This document shows, one piece after another, positions 58,469 through 64,000 of a stretch of 64,000 bases of DNA. Numbering within the stretch: the stretch's first letter is position 1; every line of letters starts with the position of its first letter. Under the pieces are notes generated by a model that had not been told where the DNA came from, made no database searches, and saw only the letters and a program-made list of their open reading frames with translations. The translations under genes were made by a program, and so were the position numbers. This DNA comes from an uncultured Candidatus Saccharibacteria bacterium. Lineage in GTDB: Bacteria; Patescibacteriota; Minisyncoccia; Phycocordibacterales; UBA6899. The stretch covers positions 235,976 to 299,975 of the forward strand of contig CAYXYK010000001.1 of assembly GCA_964469335.1 (NCBI GenBank). The letters run 5' to 3'.

Positions 58469-59049
58469 TGAAAAAGACATTCATCGTCATCGCTATCATC
58501 CTTGTGCTCGCCCTCCTTCCGCTTCTCGGCACATATAATAGTATCGTCGCGCTGAATCAGGACACCGCGGCAAAATGGTCGCAAGTAGAGGGACAATACC
58601 AGCGTCGCATGGACCTCATTCCGAATTTGGTCGCTACCGTAAAGGGAGCTGCGAACTTCGAGCAGACGACACTTACTGCGGTGGTCGAGGCGCGTGCAAA
58701 AGCCACCCAAGTGACGGTCGATCCGAGCAAGCTCGACGCCGAAAGCATCGCAAAGTATCAGGCGGCACAGGGCGAACTTTCGAGTGCACTCGGAAAATTG
58801 CTGATGATCACCGAGAACTACCCGACGCTTACCGCGACCGAGAACTTCAAAGACCTGCAGTCGCAGATCGAAGGAACCGAGAACCGCATCGCGGTATCAC
58901 GAAAAGATTTCGGCGACTCGGTGCAAACCTATAACACGAAGGTTTCTCAGTTTCCGGGCAATATCGTCGCGAAACTTTTTGGCTTCGCCCCCAAGGCATA
59001 CTTTAAGGCAGACCAAAGCGCGGCAGCCGCTCCTTCTGTTGCATTCTAA
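58469..59049 (+). CDS. lemA: LemA-family membrane protein
   Basis: start trimmed to MKKTFIVIAIIL; LemA-like NSIVALNQDTAAKWSQVEGQYQRRMDLIPNLV region. Confidence 0.8.
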
Positions 59050-59061
59050 ATCGATCACGAT

Positions 59062-59943
59062 ATGAAGCGCATATTTCTTCTCGTTGCGCTTGGTCTCGTC
59101 TTCGTACCGGGGACGCTGTTCGCCTATACTTCCCCGGGTGCTCCAAGCGGATATGTGAATGATTTCGCTTCAGTCCTTACACAGGAAGAACGAACGACAC
59201 TCGAAGCAACGCTCAAAGATTTCCATCAAGAGTACGGTGGGGAAGTGGGCGTCGTCACCGTCCCAACACTCGGAGGTGATGCGATCGAGGATTATGCGAA
59301 TACATTATTCCGTGAATGGGGGATCGGACAGAAAGATAAGAACAACGGCGTATTGCTGGTCGTTGCGATTGAAGACAGGAGCCTACGCATCGAAGTTGGA
59401 TATGGGTACGAAGGCTCGCTCACTGATGCCCGCTCATCTGAGATCATCAGAAATGCGATTACTCCCTATTTCAAACAGAATGCATACGGGCTCGGCATCA
59501 TGACAGGAGTGAAGGACATCATCACGACGGTGACGACCGGAGAAGTCCCCGTCGAGCATCAAGATACTTCGGTCGGATTGCCTACCCAAGATACCCTCAC
59601 GACTTGGCTCTTTGTGCTCTTCGTCATATTTCCGTGGATCGCAAGCGTGTTCGGAAGAAGTAAATCGTGGTGGGCAGGCGGTATCGCCGGTGCCGCAGTC
59701 GGAAGCCTAGTCTCCGTTCTTTTTGGATTGGCATCGTGGGTGTATCCGGTCATCGTAGCTACGATCATCGGACTCATATTCGACCTGATCGTGTCGAGGG
59801 GGTACCGTAGCAGCGTCGCTTCAGGCTCCCGCCCACCATGGTGGACCGGGGGAGGCGGTTTTGGAGGAGGGAGTTCAAGTGGAGGGTTCGGAGGGTTTGG
59901 CGGAGGGTCGTCCGGTGGAGGTGGAGCGAGTGGACGTTGGTGA
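59062..59943 (+). CDS. TPM-domain (YgcG-like) protein with Gly-rich C-terminus
   Basis: signal peptide, TPM-like NGVLLVVAIEDRSLRIEVGYG region, TM, terminal GGGFGGGSSSGGFGGFGGG; usual LemA partner. Confidence 0.8.
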   Translation: MKRIFLLVALGLVFVPGTLFAYTSPGAPSGYVNDFASVLTQEERTTLEATLKDFHQEYGGEVGVVTVPTLGGDAIEDYANTLFREWGIGQKDKNNGVLLVVAIEDRSLRIEVGYGYEGSLTDARSSEIIRNAITPYFKQNAYGLGIMTGVKDIITTVTTGEVPVEHQDTSVGLPTQDTLTTWLFVLFVIFPWIASVFGRSKSWWAGGIAGAAVGSLVSVLFGLASWVYPVIVATIIGLIFDLIVSRGYRSSVASGSRPPWWTGGGGFGGGSSSGGFGGFGGGSSGGGGASGRW

Positions 59944-59944
59944 A

Positions 59945-60898
59945 CTATCCGATCAACACCGAGCGCATCGATATACTCCCGTGCGCAATGCCTTCGACCG
60001 GAAAGCTCGGTCCTTCGTCTTCTTCCTCTAGCCCTAATATATAGAGCAGCGGCCAGTAGTGGTCCGGCGTCGGGATCGAAAGCGCAGCAGCATGTCCGAG
60101 CCCTTCGTAGTTCAAGAGTGTGGTGTGGTCATGTTTCAATATCAGGTCCTTCGCAGCATTGTCGAAATCCGCTGCCCATGCGAATTCTCTCGCACCCTCA
60201 TTGAAATCGATCATGCTGAGGTTGTGCACGATATTGCCGCTCCCAAGGATCAGCACTCCGCGTCTCCGCAGTATCGCGAGTTCTTTCGCGAGTGCATAGT
60301 GCTCTTTGTGTGAACGGGTCATGTCGATACTCATTTGAAACACCGGTATTTCGGCGGCGGGGTACATCCGATGCAGCACTATCCATGTGCCATGGTCGAT
60401 ACCCCAATCGATGTCAGGGCGGACTACGGTGCCAGTGACCGCCTCGCGGGTAGCATTCGCATAGACGGGTGATCCCGGGCATGGATAGTTGAGATCGTAG
60501 AGCTGTTTCGGGAAGCCCCAGAAATCATGGATCGTGCGTGGGTGTTCGGCTATATGCACCTCTGTCCCGCGAGTGAGCCAATGTGCGGAGATCGACAGGA
60601 TTGCTACTGGCTTCGGTAGCGATTTCCCGAGGGTTTCCCATCCTAACGAAAAGGCGTTGTCTTCGATCCCGTTCATTGGAGAGCCATGCCCAACAAATAA
60701 AGCCGGCATACGCTTTGTTTTCGGGAGGTCACTCAGTTTTGCCAATAGTCCAAGGCCAGTCATCCGTCCATTGTCTCGCCCGATCGGACCAGAGTCAATT
60801 TTCGCCCCCATCCCCAAAGGGGTGGATAACCCCATATCGATGTGAGCTGTAGCGTATATAATGATAAGTACGAGTATTTCGCACCTTGCGCGCTGCAT
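59945..60898 (-). CDS. LigB-type extradiol ring-cleavage dioxygenase class III (YgiD-like) with N-terminal signal-like extension
   Basis: MPALFVGHGSPMN start of catalytic domain, HWLTRG, LILGSGNIVHNL motifs. Confidence 0.75.
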   Translation of the reverse strand: MQRARCEILVLIIIYATAHIDMGLSTPLGMGAKIDSGPIGRDNGRMTGLGLLAKLSDLPKTKRMPALFVGHGSPMNGIEDNAFSLGWETLGKSLPKPVAILSISAHWLTRGTEVHIAEHPRTIHDFWGFPKQLYDLNYPCPGSPVYANATREAVTGTVVRPDIDWGIDHGTWIVLHRMYPAAEIPVFQMSIDMTRSHKEHYALAKELAILRRRGVLILGSGNIVHNLSMIDFNEGAREFAWAADFDNAAKDLILKHDHTTLLNYEGLGHAAALSIPTPDHYWPLLYILGLEEEDEGPSFPVEGIAHGSISMRSVLIG

Positions 60899-61330
60899 GT
60901 GTTCTCATGTTTTGAGAAACGAACAGGACGTAGTGTGTGAAAAATTCCATTCCATGTGGTTCTCTCACACTACGTCCCTACAGTTCAAATGATGAAGTGA
61001 CGGAAAAAACGGCGCCGAGTCAGATGAATTGTGCATCTTTCGTATCAACACATGTCGAGCCATCCTTGTATCTACAGCAACAAGAGAGAAGGACGGTGAA
61101 GAGAAACGAGAGGGACAAATTCTTTGTGCAAGGTGTAAAAATGTAGAGAGCCCAAGCTGCAACGCGCCACGTTGTTTTCGGACAGAGAAGGTCCTGTAGA
61201 CCTCACCGCCCGGAATGCACGCTCATCGAAAGATGGCACCAAGCAAACAAAACACCGTACCCGGCAAGGTGCGGTGTTTTGATTTGCTGAAAAGGAAAGC
61301 GCGCACCAAGAGGTGCGCGCTTTGTTGCGA

Positions 61331-61693
61331 CTAGAGGAACATCCAGATGAACGAGAAGGCGATGACCGCATACAGCAACCACGATCGATCCTTGAGTGCT
61401 GTTGCCCAGGGTCTGTCGACCCAGCTGGTGACATCTTCCCAGACGAAGTAAATGATCAGGGCTGAAACGGCGCCGGAAGCGAACTTCCCGAGTAGCGGCA
61501 GTCCGAATACGAACAGCAGCTTACTGAGGGCAACAGTCGCAATCACTGCGATGAGTTGGTCGCGGATGATCGGGGGGCGGATTCCCCACGGCGGCTCACC
61601 GAGCTTTCCGTATCCGAAGTAGCTCGGTATCCACCAAGCGAGGACGATCAACAGCCCGTATCCGAACAAGATGCCGAGGATATGCATGAACAT
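61331..61693 (-). CDS. hypothetical multi-TM membrane protein
   Basis: ORF track; hairpin terminators at 61254-61325 downstream. Confidence 0.5.
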   Translation of the reverse strand: MFMHILGILFGYGLLIVLAWWIPSYFGYGKLGEPPWGIRPPIIRDQLIAVIATVALSKLLFVFGLPLLGKFASGAVSALIIYFVWEDVTSWVDRPWATALKDRSWLLYAVIAFSFIWMFL

Positions 61694-61755
61694 GAGAGGT
61701 CTCCTGTGAAGTCCAGCATAAAAATAGCAAGCAAGACTATTCTGTCAACACAAAG

Positions 61756-62808
61756 CTATTTGATCAGCATTCCGTCACCGAACGAGTAAAAACGGAAATT
61801 GTTCGCGATCGCGATCTCATAGAGATCAAGGATGCGGCGTTTCGCCCCCTTGTGCTCGAGGAAAGCATCAACGAGAAGCATCAGCGATGATTTTGGTACA
61901 TGGAAATTGGTTATGAGCGCGTCAGCTACCTTGAATCGATACGGAGGGAATATGAAGATATCCGTTCTGTCCTCGCGCGGAGTGATGAGCGCTTCACTAC
62001 TACGCACGCTTGCCGCAGATTCAAGCGTGCGTAGCGCGGTCGTACCTACGGGGATGATCGGCGTGTGCGCACGGTGAGCCGTGTCGATGATCTTCGCCGC
62101 TGTTTTGCCGATCATGTAGTATTCGGTGAAAAGTTTCTTTGATCGGATATTCGATTCGTCGATCGGGGCGAATGTTCCCGCTCCGACATGAAGAGTGACT
62201 TCGGTGCGACGGACTCCGCTGTGGTCGAGCTTCCGTAAGAGTCTGTTGGTGAAATGTAGACTTGCGGTCGGCGCCGCTACCGATGCCGGATGTTTTGCGA
62301 GCACGCTTTGATACTTCTCTCGGAGCGTCGGCTCTGAGAGCGGTGAGCGTTTGATGTACGGAGGGATCGGTGTGACTCCTTCCTTTGCGAGCAGTTCCCA
62401 CAGCTGGACCCTCTCTACGCTCGGCTTGAAAAAGAAGAATTGTTCATCTTGCCTGACTGTTTCGAGTAAAGCTCCTGATCGAAAATACAATTTTGCACCA
62501 ACAGTAAGTTTTCTGTCGACGATGCCCTTTACGAGGGTGTCTTCTGGTCGCAGCTCGTTCATTTGTAGGAATACCTGGATCTTCCCACCGCTCTCTTTGG
62601 TGAGCCATAAGCGCGCAGGCACGACCTTTGTGTCATTGAAGACCAAGGTGCTTTTCGGGGGTACGTGCCTGTCGAGATGAAGGAAGGTATCGAATTCCAC
62701 AGTATCCGTAGTAGTGTCATAGATGAACAATCTACTGCTGTCGCGTGGCGAAGCAGGTGTGGAAGCGATCAGTCTCTGGGGAAGTTGATAATCATACTGC
62801 TCGAGCAT
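61756..62808 (-). CDS. queA: S-adenosylmethionine:tRNA ribosyltransferase-isomerase
   Basis: N-terminus DYQLPQRLIASTPASPRDSSRLFIY and overall QueA layout. Confidence 0.9.
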   Translation of the reverse strand: MLEQYDYQLPQRLIASTPASPRDSSRLFIYDTTTDTVEFDTFLHLDRHVPPKSTLVFNDTKVVPARLWLTKESGGKIQVFLQMNELRPEDTLVKGIVDRKLTVGAKLYFRSGALLETVRQDEQFFFFKPSVERVQLWELLAKEGVTPIPPYIKRSPLSEPTLREKYQSVLAKHPASVAAPTASLHFTNRLLRKLDHSGVRRTEVTLHVGAGTFAPIDESNIRSKKLFTEYYMIGKTAAKIIDTAHRAHTPIIPVGTTALRTLESAASVRSSEALITPREDRTDIFIFPPYRFKVADALITNFHVPKSSLMLLVDAFLEHKGAKRRILDLYEIAIANNFRFYSFGDGMLIK

Positions 62809-62924
62809 GGAAATAATGTAGCAATTTATTCATTCTCTGCAATAGAACCACTTCGAGAACAGCTTTTACCTGAATATGCTGTCTAGGGATGGCTCTGCGT
62901 ACTGTGGTAGAATTTTGCCATTGT

Positions 62925-63932
62925 ATGAAACCCAGTTTTCCTATATTCGTAGTTTCGGTGCTACTTGGCATGCTGATCGGCGGCTCGGGTGTCTATATGG
63001 CGATGCAGGTTCCTCCCTCCGTGACTCTTAGCGGAGCGCTTCGTGAAGACATCACCAACTACCGCTTCATCGATCCGCTGCTTGCGTGTAATCCTCCTGA
63101 GGCGACCTCAGGTAGGTACAAGGAACTTGACGATAGCCTCCTCGACCTCGTCGCCAAGATAAAGGAAGAGGGAAGGGCGACGACTGTCTCGCTGTATTTC
63201 CAGGAGTATCCCAGTGGACGCTGGGTGGGAATCGACGAGAGTCATCAATACGATCCAGCCAGCTTGCTCAAGATCGTATTGATGATCGCTTATTTCAGAG
63301 ATGAAGAACTGCACCCGGGCTCACTGCAGAAGTCGTACACTTACTCCAAGGAATATGCCGATATCCATACACTCATACCATTCGATGTGGATTCAGCACT
63401 TATAGTAGGGAAGAAATATACAGCAGACGAATTGATCCGCTCGATGATCATCGAATCTGACAACGGTGCGAAAAATGTACTGTTAGACAATGTGAATCAG
63501 TCAACGATCGAAGCTGTTTACCGGGATCTTAAGATCCCCGCACCGTCCGCAGTGGTACCATATACGATTTCACCAAGACAGTACTCGCTTTTCTTCCGAA
63601 TTCTCTATAATGCGACGTATCTTAACCGCGCTTCGTCAGAAAAGGCAATAAGTATCCTGGCACAGGCGAAATACTCGGACGGTTTGGTTGCCGGACTACC
63701 AAAAAACGTTACAGTTGCTCATAAATTCGGTGAACACGTGAACGGAGATCCCACCAAAGGTATTGATTCGGTAGAACTCCACGATTGTGGGTTGGTTTAT
63801 GGTCCCAATCTGCCCTATTTCTTGTGTGTAATGACCACAGGGAAGAGCCTTACTGGCCTACAGTCAGCAATACAGGACATATCTCGTACTGTGTATACCG
63901 CGCTCGATACGAACATTTCCCCGCAGAACTAA
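62925..63932 (+). CDS. class A beta-lactamase-like serine hydrolase (membrane-anchored)
   Basis: SxxK (ASLLK), SDN (IIESDNGAKNVLLD) motifs, HKFG in place of KTG; start trimmed to MKPSFPIFVV TM. Confidence 0.7.
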   Translation: MKPSFPIFVVSVLLGMLIGGSGVYMAMQVPPSVTLSGALREDITNYRFIDPLLACNPPEATSGRYKELDDSLLDLVAKIKEEGRATTVSLYFQEYPSGRWVGIDESHQYDPASLLKIVLMIAYFRDEELHPGSLQKSYTYSKEYADIHTLIPFDVDSALIVGKKYTADELIRSMIIESDNGAKNVLLDNVNQSTIEAVYRDLKIPAPSAVVPYTISPRQYSLFFRILYNATYLNRASSEKAISILAQAKYSDGLVAGLPKNVTVAHKFGEHVNGDPTKGIDSVELHDCGLVYGPNLPYFLCVMTTGKSLTGLQSAIQDISRTVYTALDTNISPQN

Positions 63933-64000
63933 GTTTATCAACAGGTATTCCCCAGTCTTGTCCACAGTGACCATTTAGAGCCATAATTTGACTTTCTTGG

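Noticed and set aside
1-64000. CRISPR arrays, rRNA genes, integrases/transposases
   Set aside because: No array of regularly spaced direct repeats, no rRNA-like conserved stretches, and no integrase/transposase motifs were seen. The two island-like insertions therefore lack an obvious mobility gene in this window.

Overview
This 64-kb window looks like a small-genome, pilus-bearing bacterium. The trimmed-down ribosomal, chaperone and type IV pilus content resembles CPR/Patescibacteria-type genomes. That lineage call is inference from gene content only.

Most of the window is core machinery:
- Two tRNAs, Pro(UGG) and Gly(UCC).
- Housekeeping genes: nth, msrB, hup, rny, clpP, tig, ppa, nusA, tpiA, pgk, recJ, rnhA, queA.
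- A str operon (rpsL-rpsG-fusA ... tuf) and the start of the S10 operon (rpsJ-rplC-rplD-rplW-rplB).
- A type IV pilus/competence locus: pilB, pilC, three pilin-like genes, and a split comEC.

Four things stand out:
1. A compact chemosensory operon at 1.0-6.0 kb (cheW-cheY-cheB-cheA-cheC-cheD) with no MCP or CheR gene in the window. No flagellar genes are present.
2. A 6.6-kb insertion between fusA and tuf. It carries two different Ntn-type amidohydrolases, unknown proteins and two coiled-coil proteins.
3. About 9 kb after rplB (49.3-58.4 kb) that interrupts the S10 operon. It holds many small uncharacterised genes, a membrane-anchored PD-(D/E)xK (DUF559/DUF2726-like) protein, three tandem paralogous small charged proteins with a conserved leader, a palindromic terminator family repeated three times, and three orphan receiver-domain proteins. 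This block is the best candidate for an undescribed accessory system.
4. An odd inverted duplicate of the tRNA-Gly 3' end, next to a ~0.5-kb block that looks AT-rich by eye.

No CRISPR array, rRNA, integrase or transposase was found.
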